Shown in pieces: positions 7,383 through 15,793 of a DNA stretch of 29,462 bases. How positions within the stretch are numbered: the stretch's first letter is position 1; each line of letters begins with the position of its first letter. Under the pieces are notes generated by a model. That model was not told where the DNA came from. It saw nothing but the letters and a program-made list of their open reading frames with translations, and ran no database searches. Made by a program: the position numbers and the translations under genes. This DNA is from a virus. Its lineage: Duplodnaviria > Caudoviricetes. The DNA is taken from the IMG/VR virus record IMGVR_UViG_3300014656_004474, positions 1 through 29,462 of that record, one strand, 5' to 3'.

Positions 7383-8906
7383 ATGTCAGCTTGGACACGG
7401 CGCACTGTGGATTCCTCAGACGAGCAGGTGATTGCCCTTGGCATGGTCGTCTCTGACATCTTCCTATCAAAGATGCAAGGCCTTTTCAACTCTGATTTCT
7501 TCATCAATGACAGTCTGAAAACAATCTGCTTGTGGTGCATGAGCTATTATAAAGAATATCAAAAAGCACCCAAAGACCATATTCAAGACATTTTCAATGA
7601 GAGAAAATTTGGAATTGATAAGGCAGATGCAAAACTGATTGAGGAGTTCTTGGTCATTCTCAACAAACGGTTTGTTGATTTCGAAGGACCGGTCAACGAT
7701 GATTACTTTCTCAATAGATCAAAGAAGTATTTCACCAAACAGAATTTGAAGGTCAGAGCGGAGCGTGTTAGAAATCTTCTTGAACTTGAGAAGATTGATG
7801 AAGCGGAAGCGGAGATGAGTGATTATAAAGAGTTCTCCATCGCAACATCGCCTGCAATTTCACCCTTTGACAAAGAATTGATGAGAAGAATTCTCAACAA
7901 GGAGGATCGCAGTCTGTTTCAATACCCTGGAGCACTGGGGCAGATCATAGGCCCGATTGAGAGAGGCTGTTTGTATGGTGTATTGGGTTTGTTCAAACGC
8001 GGAAAAAGTTATTTCTTAGTAAATACAATGACTTTGGCTGCCTCGTTTCGCAGGAACGCCTTGCTTGTCTCATTAGAAATGGAGAGTATACGAATCGCTG
8101 AAAGAATCATTCGAAACATAGGAACATTCACAAAACCAAAAGATCAGTTCTTTCCGTGCTTCGATTGTGAGAAGAATCAAAAAGGATCATGTAACAAATC
8201 CCAACGTGTAAATGAAGAATCTCTTCTTATCAATGGGAAGAAGCCAAAATTTGATCCATCAATGACCTACAAGCCCTGTACTGTATGTCGTATCATTGAT
8301 CCAAGAGAGTTTGAAGTTGCAACATGGTTCGAGAAGATCGACTATCCTGATTTGTCAATTAAAGGAATGAATAAAGCGACAGGTGCATTTACAAATATGT
8401 TTGGCGACAACATACGGATGCTCACATATCCAAAATATTCAGCGACCATTCGAGACATCGAGCGTGATATTCGTTTGCTTGAAGAAAAAGAAATGTTCAT
8501 TTGTGATATTATCGGAATAGATCAACCGAGCAATCTTAAACCTGAAGACCCCCGCGAGAAAAGAGTTCAGCAAATCGATCAAATTTGGATGCGTTTGTCT
8601 CAGATGGCATCTGAGCGTCAATGCGCTGTATTCGCACCTTCACAAGGAACCCGTGGAGCCATTTATAAAGCGAACACCGATCAAACAGACATTGCAGAAT
8701 GGATAGGGATACTTGGTCATGTCGATGGGATGATTACTCTGAATCAGACGAAGATGGAAAAGATTGAGAAACTTATGAGGGTGGGGATGCTTGTGGGTCG
8801 TCATGATGATTATGCAGAGTCTCAAAACGCTTTACTTCTCACGAACTTCGGGGCCGGTCAATTCTGGGCCGGTTCCATTTTGGTGTCTTGTAACGATGAC
8901 GATTGA
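7383..8906 (+). CDS. DnaB-like (SF4) replicative helicase with Cys-rich insertion
   Basis: Walker A GLFKRGKS, VSLEM, Walker B IIGIDQ, APSQ, GR finger region. Confidence 0.85.
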   Translation: MSAWTRRTVDSSDEQVIALGMVVSDIFLSKMQGLFNSDFFINDSLKTICLWCMSYYKEYQKAPKDHIQDIFNERKFGIDKADAKLIEEFLVILNKRFVDFEGPVNDDYFLNRSKKYFTKQNLKVRAERVRNLLELEKIDEAEAEMSDYKEFSIATSPAISPFDKELMRRILNKEDRSLFQYPGALGQIIGPIERGCLYGVLGLFKRGKSYFLVNTMTLAASFRRNALLVSLEMESIRIAERIIRNIGTFTKPKDQFFPCFDCEKNQKGSCNKSQRVNEESLLINGKKPKFDPSMTYKPCTVCRIIDPREFEVATWFEKIDYPDLSIKGMNKATGAFTNMFGDNIRMLTYPKYSATIRDIERDIRLLEEKEMFICDIIGIDQPSNLKPEDPREKRVQQIDQIWMRLSQMASERQCAVFAPSQGTRGAIYKANTDQTDIAEWIGILGHVDGMITLNQTKMEKIEKLMRVGMLVGRHDDYAESQNALLLTNFGAGQFWAGSILVSCNDDD

Positions 8907-8937
8907 ATAGTTGATGTTGACGACAGTGAGTAGGATT

Positions 8938-8957
8938 TTTTAAAAAAAGTGTATACT
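8938..8957 (+). promoter_or_regulatory. putative phage promoter motif TTTTAAAAARAGTGTATAMT, copy 1
   Basis: 18/20 identical to 23479-23498; ends in -10-like TATACT; intergenic before queD. Confidence 0.6.
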
Positions 8958-9009
8958 AAATGTACTTGAATAAAAAAGCGTTTATTAAAAAGACCGGGAG
9001 GTTATTGAA

Positions 9010-9393
9010 ATGTTGTCAATCTGTAAACAATTTGAGTTCCATGCGGCACATCATTTGCCTGATCACGAAGGAAAATGTAAACAAATTCATGGACATACCT
9101 ATCGGTTAGAAATTGAAGTAGGGGGTCCTAAACAATCATCGGGGCCTGAAAGGGGGATGATTGTAGACTTTGGCAAAATCAAAGAAGTCGTTCATCGTTG
9201 TATTATTGACGAGTTGGATCACACCGACTTGAATTTACGATGGGCGAATCCTACAGCAGAGGAGATGGTTGATTCTTTTTCATATCAATTATATGAGGCT
9301 TTTTTTAGGCAGTTTGGCACTGACGTTGTTCTCCTACGAATTTCCTTATGGGAAACGAGTGATTCATGTGCGACATGGAGGGCAGATTTATGA
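9010..9393 (+). CDS. queD: 6-carboxy-5,6,7,8-tetrahydropterin synthase
   Basis: FHAAH, CKQIHGHTY (CxxxHGH), DF, LDH, NPTAE, LWET. Confidence 0.93.
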   Translation: MLSICKQFEFHAAHHLPDHEGKCKQIHGHTYRLEIEVGGPKQSSGPERGMIVDFGKIKEVVHRCIIDELDHTDLNLRWANPTAEEMVDSFSYQLYEAFFRQFGTDVVLLRISLWETSDSCATWRADL

Positions 9394-10757
9394 AGGTTGT
9401 AACAGAAGCAATGAGGAAAAAATGCAGCGATGGTAAAAAAGGAAACAAAAATCCAAGTTATGTTCCTCCTTTGCCTGTGAAATTATCCTCTGATGAGAAT
9501 GAAAAACACTTTTCTTATTTGGTTGGGTATTGGATAGGAGACGGCTTAAAAACCCAAACTAATTTGGGGTTTGCGGTTAGAAATAATAAAATCTATATCG
9601 ATGATTTGGTATTAAAAGCCTCGGTCATTCTTGATTCCAAATTATATTTTCGATATGCCGAGAAAAGTTGTGAATTGTTTTTTCACGCAGAAACCAAGGG
9701 GTTGCAATCACGAATAAAGGAGGAACTTTCTAAGAAGACAATCATAACAAAACATCCTTGGGAATTCATTTGCGGGTTTCTTGATAGTGATGGTTGGGTT
9801 TCTTTTTCTGATAGCAAAAAGACAGGTATAACCATAGCCTTCAGCAATACAAATATGGATTATTTACTGCTGCTGGGCTTTGTTTTGGACAGCGTTTTAA
9901 TACCATATAGAATTAAATTGACAAATGATTATAAGAAAGGCTATAAGCATAGTTGGCATTTGTCAATTGCAACTTCGGCTGCGGTTTATGTGTTAGCAAA
10001 CAAATTGCTGCCAATAACAATTGATGATAAGAAAAAAGAGAAATTTTTGTTGCTTATTGATCATTTCAATACTTTGCATAATAATCAAACCATACCTATC
10101 TGCGAAACCTTCAAAGGAATTCAAGGGGAAGGAAAATCAATAGGGATGGTACAATTTTTTGTAAGAGCTGCTACCTGTGATATGAAATGCAAAATTTGTG
10201 ATTCAATGTATAGCTGGGGAAAAGGTAAAAAAAGAACACTATTAAGTTTATTACAGGAATGCATTGAGAGTAATTGTCATAGTATTTGTTTGACCGGAGG
10301 GGAAATTGCTCAATTTGAAGACAAGTTATCTGCATTTATAGGGATGCTTAGAGCAAATGATTTTCACATTGTTTTGCAGACAAACGGATTGCATTATAGT
10401 AGAAGTTTTGATATGGTTCATACGGTATCAATGGACATAAAAACACCTTGTACAGGAGAAAAAAGTAACGAGGATTTAATCCTCAAATTAAATCCAAAGA
10501 AAGATGAAATAAAAACTCTCATATTTGATGAGGATGATTATGAATATGCCATAAAGGTAAACTCCCTTGCGAAAAAAATAGGACTGCCTCAGGTATTACA
10601 GCCCTGTAATTCTGTAGGAAAGGATTGCCTCACTTCATTGATAGAAAAATACAAATGGATTTGTGCATTGGTACTACGTGATAGACGATGGTCTTCTGAT
10701 ATACGAGCCCTCCCTCAATTGCATGTACTGATTTGGGGAAATGAAAGAGGCAGATAA
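9390..10757 (+). CDS. queE: LAGLIDADG endonuclease fused to 7-carboxy-7-deazaguanine synthase (radical SAM)
   Basis: N-terminal NUMOD3-like motif, YLVGYWIGDG and FICGFLDSDG. From ~10092: ETFKGIQGEG, FVR, CDMKCKICD (CxxxCxxC), LTGGE, TNG, DIK, PQLH. Confidence 0.88.
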   Translation: MKVVTEAMRKKCSDGKKGNKNPSYVPPLPVKLSSDENEKHFSYLVGYWIGDGLKTQTNLGFAVRNNKIYIDDLVLKASVILDSKLYFRYAEKSCELFFHAETKGLQSRIKEELSKKTIITKHPWEFICGFLDSDGWVSFSDSKKTGITIAFSNTNMDYLLLLGFVLDSVLIPYRIKLTNDYKKGYKHSWHLSIATSAAVYVLANKLLPITIDDKKKEKFLLLIDHFNTLHNNQTIPICETFKGIQGEGKSIGMVQFFVRAATCDMKCKICDSMYSWGKGKKRTLLSLLQECIESNCHSICLTGGEIAQFEDKLSAFIGMLRANDFHIVLQTNGLHYSRSFDMVHTVSMDIKTPCTGEKSNEDLILKLNPKKDEIKTLIFDEDDYEYAIKVNSLAKKIGLPQVLQPCNSVGKDCLTSLIEKYKWICALVLRDRRWSSDIRALPQLHVLIWGNERGR

Positions 10758-10772
10758 GGTGATCAATGTTCC

Positions 10773-11324
10773 GTGAGAGACCTACGAGAAATAGTGTATC
10801 ATGATGTTCTGAGGGAATATGGCTATCTTCGTCATTCAAGATATTTTCCAAAAGAACTCGAACACTATAACCCAATAGGTTTGACGAAGAAAGAATGTGT
10901 CGAGTTATTTGCGTATATCGTCGAACATGTTCCGGAGGAACTGCAAAGCCACTTGCCCAAACATGTGCAGCAACTTTACAACTACATTTTTATTGATGAA
11001 ATCAAATCGAGATCGGGGTATATGTCGGAATTCAAATATGTAAGGAAGTGTGACACTTTTGGAAATACGGAAGGCACTCAAGCATTTCTGATCAATGAGA
11101 TGTTAGTGAAGGGCGGATATACTTTGCCTGAAATTGCTCGCGCTGCGGGATGCAACGTGCAAAGAATCAACAGTCACCTAAATGCAATCAGAAGAAAATT
11201 TGCAGATTCGCATATAATTGTTACACAGAAGAGGGGAAGACTCAGCCGTTATTATTTGAAAGAAAGGAAGAAGAATGGAAAAACCGTTCATAAAAAACCT
11301 ACTGTTCAAGCTCTTGTTCAGTAA
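10773..11324 (+). CDS. C-terminal HTH DNA-binding protein
   Basis: YTLPEIARAAGCNVQRINSHLNAIR helix-turn-helix pattern. Confidence 0.6.
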   Translation: MRDLREIVYHDVLREYGYLRHSRYFPKELEHYNPIGLTKKECVELFAYIVEHVPEELQSHLPKHVQQLYNYIFIDEIKSRSGYMSEFKYVRKCDTFGNTEGTQAFLINEMLVKGGYTLPEIARAAGCNVQRINSHLNAIRRKFADSHIIVTQKRGRLSRYYLKERKKNGKTVHKKPTVQALVQ

Positions 11325-11859
11325 AGAGGGATTTGGTTTTAATCCTGATGATCCAAATCTCAAGAATACCCCTGATCGGCTCATGAGAATGTATTGTAAT
11401 GAGTTTTTCCGAAATGTCGATCAAGATCCAAAAGAGATTGCTTCGTTTCCCAATGAAGGATACGATGAAATTATTATGCTTGATAACATCACATTCACAT
11501 CAATTTGTAGCCATCATTTTTTACCGTTCCAAGGTCATGCTTGGTTACTTTACATACCTGATGCGTCTTTAGTCGGAGCATCAAAGCCTGTACGAATCAT
11601 AGATTTCTTTTCACGCAAGCCACAATTGCAAGAGCGTCTTTGTATGGATGTCATAAATCATTTTGTTCAAGGAGTGAAACCTAAAGGTGCAATGCTTGTT
11701 ATGAGAGCAGGTCATGGATGTATGACGTGTCGAGGAGTTAATGTTGAATCAATTTCGGGCATGACGACTTCAGCCATCTATGGAGCATTCAAAGAACAGA
11801 CTGTCAGAAATGAAGGACTCGATCTGATCAAGATTTCCATTATGGATAGGAGGGGATAA
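11275..11859 (+). CDS. folE: GTP cyclohydrolase I
   Basis: TPDR, SICSHHFLPF, GASK, PQLQERL, HGCMTCRG. Confidence 0.93.
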   Translation: MEKPFIKNLLFKLLFSKEGFGFNPDDPNLKNTPDRLMRMYCNEFFRNVDQDPKEIASFPNEGYDEIIMLDNITFTSICSHHFLPFQGHAWLLYIPDASLVGASKPVRIIDFFSRKPQLQERLCMDVINHFVQGVKPKGAMLVMRAGHGCMTCRGVNVESISGMTTSAIYGAFKEQTVRNEGLDLIKISIMDRRG

Positions 11860-11862
11860 TTT

Positions 11863-12150
11863 ATGACCGAGAAGACTAAGGTTCACCCATTTAAACTTAT
11901 CGACAAAAAGAAAATCGACGACGAGACACCAGTAGGCATTACACAGGATGATATTATAAAAAAGACCACTGAACTTTGTGAGATGATTGAAGCATACGAA
12001 GGTTATGAAGCACGAGCAGCAGCCTATGCCTGTTTTGAAATCGTTGTTTATGGAGCAAAGTCAAATTATGAGGCGTTGGGAATTCTCGCTGACGTAATGA
12101 TGGAATATCGTGAGGTAAGCGAAATGATTGCCTATGAGGAAGGAGAGTGA
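11863..12150 (+). CDS. hypothetical protein
   Basis: GGAGG RBS, coupled ORF. Confidence 0.65.
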   Translation: MTEKTKVHPFKLIDKKKIDDETPVGITQDDIIKKTTELCEMIEAYEGYEARAAAYACFEIVVYGAKSNYEALGILADVMMEYREVSEMIAYEEGE

Positions 12151-12419
12151 GTAAGATGACCAAGAAGCAAATTGAAAAATCATACCAGACAGTATTGAAT
12201 GACCGACAAGGAATGCTCCATATCTTTGGCGAGATAAGAGATGCCATCGGTATGGAGTACAAAGAAGGCATTGCTCCAGAAGCTGTTCTTAATGGTGTGC
12301 AAAGGCTGATAAAAATTGGCAATCTTACACCATTTACATTTACTCAATTACAAGAATGGGGTGAATCTATTTGGCAAGAAATGCTGGACAAAGATACAGA
12401 AATAGTGGAGTCACCATGA
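12147..12419 (+). CDS. hypothetical protein
   Basis: GTGA overlap, coupled at both ends. Confidence 0.6.
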   Translation: MSKMTKKQIEKSYQTVLNDRQGMLHIFGEIRDAIGMEYKEGIAPEAVLNGVQRLIKIGNLTPFTFTQLQEWGESIWQEMLDKDTEIVESP

Positions 12420-13462
12420 AACGAATTATTGATGTGCCCATCGAGTCCCTCGAAGAACGTTATTCCGCCAACTGGCAAAGGTGGTTCAAATCAGAATACG
12501 AACGTCTTGGAGTTCCTTATATTCGAATCAATCCTGAACCTCTTTCTGATAAGATCAGAGATGGGAGATTTCTCGACATCTGCGGAACGAATTATTACAA
12601 AGCAATGCAACTCGCTGAAATCTGCAAACTCACCTACGAAGGCAAGATCACGAACAATGATGCATTTCTTATCCATGATTACTGGTATCCCGGTATTGAG
12701 ATGCTGGCTTACCTTCGCGATGCAATGAAAATTGACTTCAAGATTTACGGGTTGCTTCATGCTGGCACCTACGACGATTCAGATTTCATCACTCAAGTAG
12801 GAATGGGTTATTGGGGTGAACATCTGGAGAATGCATGGTTGAGGATTTGCGACAAAATATTTTTGCAGACTCAATGGCACAAAAACCTGATCGTATCGAA
12901 GCGTGATGTTGATCCGAAGAAGCTCGTTATAACAGGGCATCCTACATATTATGAGCAGGATCCATCGAAGTTCAAGAAGGAAAAAATCGTTGTGTTCCCT
13001 CATCGACTCGATCTCGAAAAGCATCCTGAGCTGTTTGATTATCTTGCCAGTATCCTACGATCTGAGTTTCCTGATTGGAAATTTGTCAGGACAAAGGAGG
13101 TCACAAAGACGAAGCAGGAATATTATAATCTTCTTGAACGGGCGACGATTGCGGTCAGTTATGCATCTCAAGAGAATTGGGGGAACGCAATGCAAGAGGC
13201 GGTCTTCGCTCGATGTTATCCTGTTGTTCCTGATCGTATCGCTTACGCTGAGATGTACTACCCTATTTTCAAATTTGGAACGATGGCCGAATCAATTGCA
13301 ATCGTTCGTGATATAATAATAATGAAAGAGCGAAGTTATGGTGATTGGCAGGGCCATCGGATGCAAAAGTATGATTTTCCACTTAACCAAAATAGGTTTG
13401 ATCTTCTCAAAAAAGGTGAGCATGCGATTGAAAATATGGTGAATGAGATCATGAAAGGATGA
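12416..13462 (+). CDS. GT-B glycosyltransferase, GTDC1/QTMAN (DUF3524)-like
   Basis: VVFPHRLDLEKHPE, QENWGNAMQEA (ExxG..xxEA), PVVPDRIAYAEMY. Confidence 0.75.
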   Translation: MKRIIDVPIESLEERYSANWQRWFKSEYERLGVPYIRINPEPLSDKIRDGRFLDICGTNYYKAMQLAEICKLTYEGKITNNDAFLIHDYWYPGIEMLAYLRDAMKIDFKIYGLLHAGTYDDSDFITQVGMGYWGEHLENAWLRICDKIFLQTQWHKNLIVSKRDVDPKKLVITGHPTYYEQDPSKFKKEKIVVFPHRLDLEKHPELFDYLASILRSEFPDWKFVRTKEVTKTKQEYYNLLERATIAVSYASQENWGNAMQEAVFARCYPVVPDRIAYAEMYYPIFKFGTMAESIAIVRDIIIMKERSYGDWQGHRMQKYDFPLNQNRFDLLKKGEHAIENMVNEIMKG

Positions 13463-14391
13463 CGATGAAGATTGCTGTGGACAGTGGTGCTCATTCTTTG
13501 TTCAAAAAATATACGAAAAAAGATAATCAATCTCAATTTGATTTCTCATTTTATGAGACAGATGAATTTTGGGCATATGTTGATAACTACTGTGCTTGGC
13601 TGCACGAGAACAAAGACAAAATCGATCTCTATGTGAATCTCGATGTCATTAGCAACGCTGAACTGACGTGGAAGGTGCAGAAGTACATGGAGAGCAAAAA
13701 CCTCAATCCTCTACCTGTCTATCATACAGGCGAAGATATTTCATGGTTGAAGAAGTACATAGAGAATTATGAATATTTTGCCATTGGTGGTCTTGGTCAG
13801 CAAATGACGAAAAGTAGATGGTTGATGAATTCAGGTGATATTGTTTTTGACTTGATCTGTGACAGTAAAGGAATGCCAAGAAACAAAGTTCATGGGTTCG
13901 CAATGACATCGCCTGATTTGATCGTTGAATTCCCTTTTTTCTCAATAGATTCAACAAGTTGGATGCAATTCGGAAAATACGGCATAATTATTACCCCTAA
14001 AAAGAAAAACAATCATTTCGTCTATGATGAATCTCCACATATCATTTCAGTATCAGCAAGAAAGAAAAGTAAGATGAAAGCGGAGAATTTTGTTCATCTG
14101 TCTCCTGAAGTTCAAAAACAAGTTCATGAATATCTCGAATCAATCGGTCTTAAAATGGGCAAATCAATCCTCGAACATGTTAATTTTGATCAAACAAGAG
14201 GTGAGTTTCCTATCTCAAAAACAGAGGTGTCTGATCAAGAGAAGGTCATTGAAAAAGGGGTGTGCAATAATGCGACGATGAGAGATCAAGCGAATTTGAG
14301 TTATTATTTAGCGCTGGAGGAAAGCATACCCCCATGGCCTCGTCCGTGGAAGAGAAAAAGGAAAGCACTGTTGACGAAATTTCCTATTTGA
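13459..14391 (+). CDS. TGT/DpdA-like guanine transglycosylase
   Basis: DSGAHS, NLDVI, PVYH, AIGGL, HGFAMT, SIDSTSW; located in the deazaguanine cluster. Confidence 0.75.
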   Translation: MTMKIAVDSGAHSLFKKYTKKDNQSQFDFSFYETDEFWAYVDNYCAWLHENKDKIDLYVNLDVISNAELTWKVQKYMESKNLNPLPVYHTGEDISWLKKYIENYEYFAIGGLGQQMTKSRWLMNSGDIVFDLICDSKGMPRNKVHGFAMTSPDLIVEFPFFSIDSTSWMQFGKYGIIITPKKKNNHFVYDESPHIISVSARKKSKMKAENFVHLSPEVQKQVHEYLESIGLKMGKSILEHVNFDQTRGEFPISKTEVSDQEKVIEKGVCNNATMRDQANLSYYLALEESIPPWPRPWKRKRKALLTKFPI

Positions 14392-14405
14392 AAGGAGGTG
14401 AGAAA

Positions 14406-14627
14406 TTGGCGAAAGCGAAAGAAGTAAAGCCCACAATGGCGGAACTCCTTGATGGGCTACGGAAGTTGGCAGATAATTGTATAGCAGATGCCACGAAGAT
14501 TGACGCCGGTGAACATGGTGCGAACACTGCCTGCGCGAGAGTGAGAAAGAGTATGCAGTTGATCAAAAAGATCGCACAGCAGATTCGTACGGAATCTCAA
14601 GCATTGAAAAACAATCGAAGGGCGTAA
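14406..14627 (+). CDS. histone H1-like (Hc1-type) small DNA-binding protein
   Basis: DATK...GANTACARVRKSMQLIKKIAQQIR resembles the GNKAAGTRARK pattern; AAGGAGGTG RBS before TTG. Confidence 0.6.
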   Translation: MAKAKEVKPTMAELLDGLRKLADNCIADATKIDAGEHGANTACARVRKSMQLIKKIAQQIRTESQALKNNRRA

Positions 14628-14646
14628 AGAGCGCCGGCAGAATTAG

Positions 14647-14680
14647 AACTCTGCCAGACTGAGGTTTGGCAGAGTTTATT
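14647..14680 (+). terminator. 13-bp hairpin, possible terminator or attenuator
   Basis: AACTCTGCCAGAC-TGAG-GTTTGGCAGAGTT followed by TATT (weak U-tract). Confidence 0.5.
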
Positions 14681-14694
14681 AAAAAGGAGAATTC

Positions 14695-15045
14695 ATGAGC
14701 ACAAAAATCTATATCATCGTCCGGACACAATTTGAAAGAAGTCATTACTGGAAAGATGCGCCTCTTGAAGTTGATTTTCTCAGGGCGCCGCATCGTCACA
14801 TTTTTCATGTTGAAGTGAAACTCCCTGTTACTCATAATGATCGTGATTTGGAGTTTTTCGTTATAAAGCGATTCCTCGATGGCACAATAGTAAAATTGCA
14901 TCCCTCTTTTGAACTCAAGGACAAAAGCTGTGAGATGATCGCTGAAGGAATTCTCAAAGCAATTCAAGACAAGTTCGGATTCAAAAAGGATGTATCTGTT
15001 TCTGTGTCGGAAGATAATGAGAACGGAAGCGTGGTGGAGACTTAA
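14695..15045 (+). CDS. dpdL: QueD-paralog T-fold protein, DpdL-like (putative CDG decarboxylase)
   Basis: LRAPHRHIF (LxxxHRHxF in place of CxxxHGH), RDLEF, SCEMIAE, VSEDNENG. Confidence 0.7.
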   Translation: MSTKIYIIVRTQFERSHYWKDAPLEVDFLRAPHRHIFHVEVKLPVTHNDRDLEFFVIKRFLDGTIVKLHPSFELKDKSCEMIAEGILKAIQDKFGFKKDVSVSVSEDNENGSVVET

Positions 15046-15046
15046 A

Positions 15047-15184
15047 ATGAAAGTGCAATGGCGATTGGTCAATATTGAAACAAAGGGGTTATCGCTGCCC
15101 TCGGAGAACCTTTTGATGTTAATGAGTTGTTTAAAGAAGAATGGGAAAGACAATTCAAAGGAACTGGAGCCGGAGAACCTGTAG
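15047..15184 (+). CDS. small hypothetical protein
   Basis: GGAG RBS; fills gap between neighbours. Confidence 0.4.
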   Translation: MKVQWRLVNIETKGLSLPSENLLMLMSCLKKNGKDNSKELEPENL

Positions 15185-15196
15185 GAGTGCTTGCTA

Positions 15197-15439
15197 ATGG
15201 CAATTGTAATCAGAGGAAAGTATAAAAACAAAAAGGTGATGATTCAACAATGGTGCAACGATTGGTTTAGTGTTGACGTTGATGGGTTACCTGTTATTCT
15301 CAGTCCTACTCAGCTCAAATTGACTCCTCACGAAGCTGAAAACGTGGCACTCAGACCTACTGGATTTATGTTCGCACGATTTCTGTTGGCTCCTACATCA
15401 GATAAATGTTTTATATTTAAGAAAAGGAAACTAAAGTGA
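15197..15439 (+). CDS. hypothetical protein
   Basis: AGGAG RBS. Confidence 0.6.
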   Translation: MAIVIRGKYKNKKVMIQQWCNDWFSVDVDGLPVILSPTQLKLTPHEAENVALRPTGFMFARFLLAPTSDKCFIFKKRKLK

Positions 15440-15451
15440 AAGGACAAATTG

Positions 15452-15793
15452 ATGGTGCTCTATCTCGCTGGTAATTTTGTTACTCTTACAAATCTCGACA
15501 AAGAACGAGCACTGAAGGATACAATTCTTGCTCGCGGAAAAGAATATCATCGGTTAGTTTCATACTATTATCCCAAGACCGTGGACACTGTTTTAACTTT
15601 GAAAAAAGAGGAAATGCAAAATGACAGCAATGGGACGATTCGAGACCGACTTTCTTCAGGCAAAAAGAAACGCCGAAAAAATGTCAAAGATGCTTCTGAA
15701 AAAGTATCAGTGGATGAAAAGCTACCGATTTCTCGGCGACGTAGCGTTCAAACCAAACCGAACAAAAGAGTCAGTCGATCTCGCACAAAGTAG
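15452..15793 (+). CDS. hypothetical protein; resembles the N-terminal segment of DpdA/TGT-like proteins
   Basis: VLYLAG...RLVSYYY, then a basic tail overlapping the next ORF. Confidence 0.5.
   Translation: MVLYLAGNFVTLTNLDKERALKDTILARGKEYHRLVSYYYPKTVDTVLTLKKEEMQNDSNGTIRDRLSSGKKKRRKNVKDASEKVSVDEKLPISRRRSVQTKPNKRVSRSRTK

Noticed and set aside
9390-10091. Intein in QueE
   Set aside because: No N-extein, no recognisable Hint blocks, and HN is followed by N rather than C/S/T.
11500-11520. FolE CSHH instead of CEHH as a sign of inactivation or QueF-like function
   Set aside because: Zn ligands (C, H, C) and the other FolE motifs are retained; not enough to reassign function.
14563-15231. 222-aa minus-strand ORF and the many other short overlapping ORFs in the track
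   Set aside because: They overlap well-supported + strand genes, have no motifs or RBS, and are treated as shadow ORFs.
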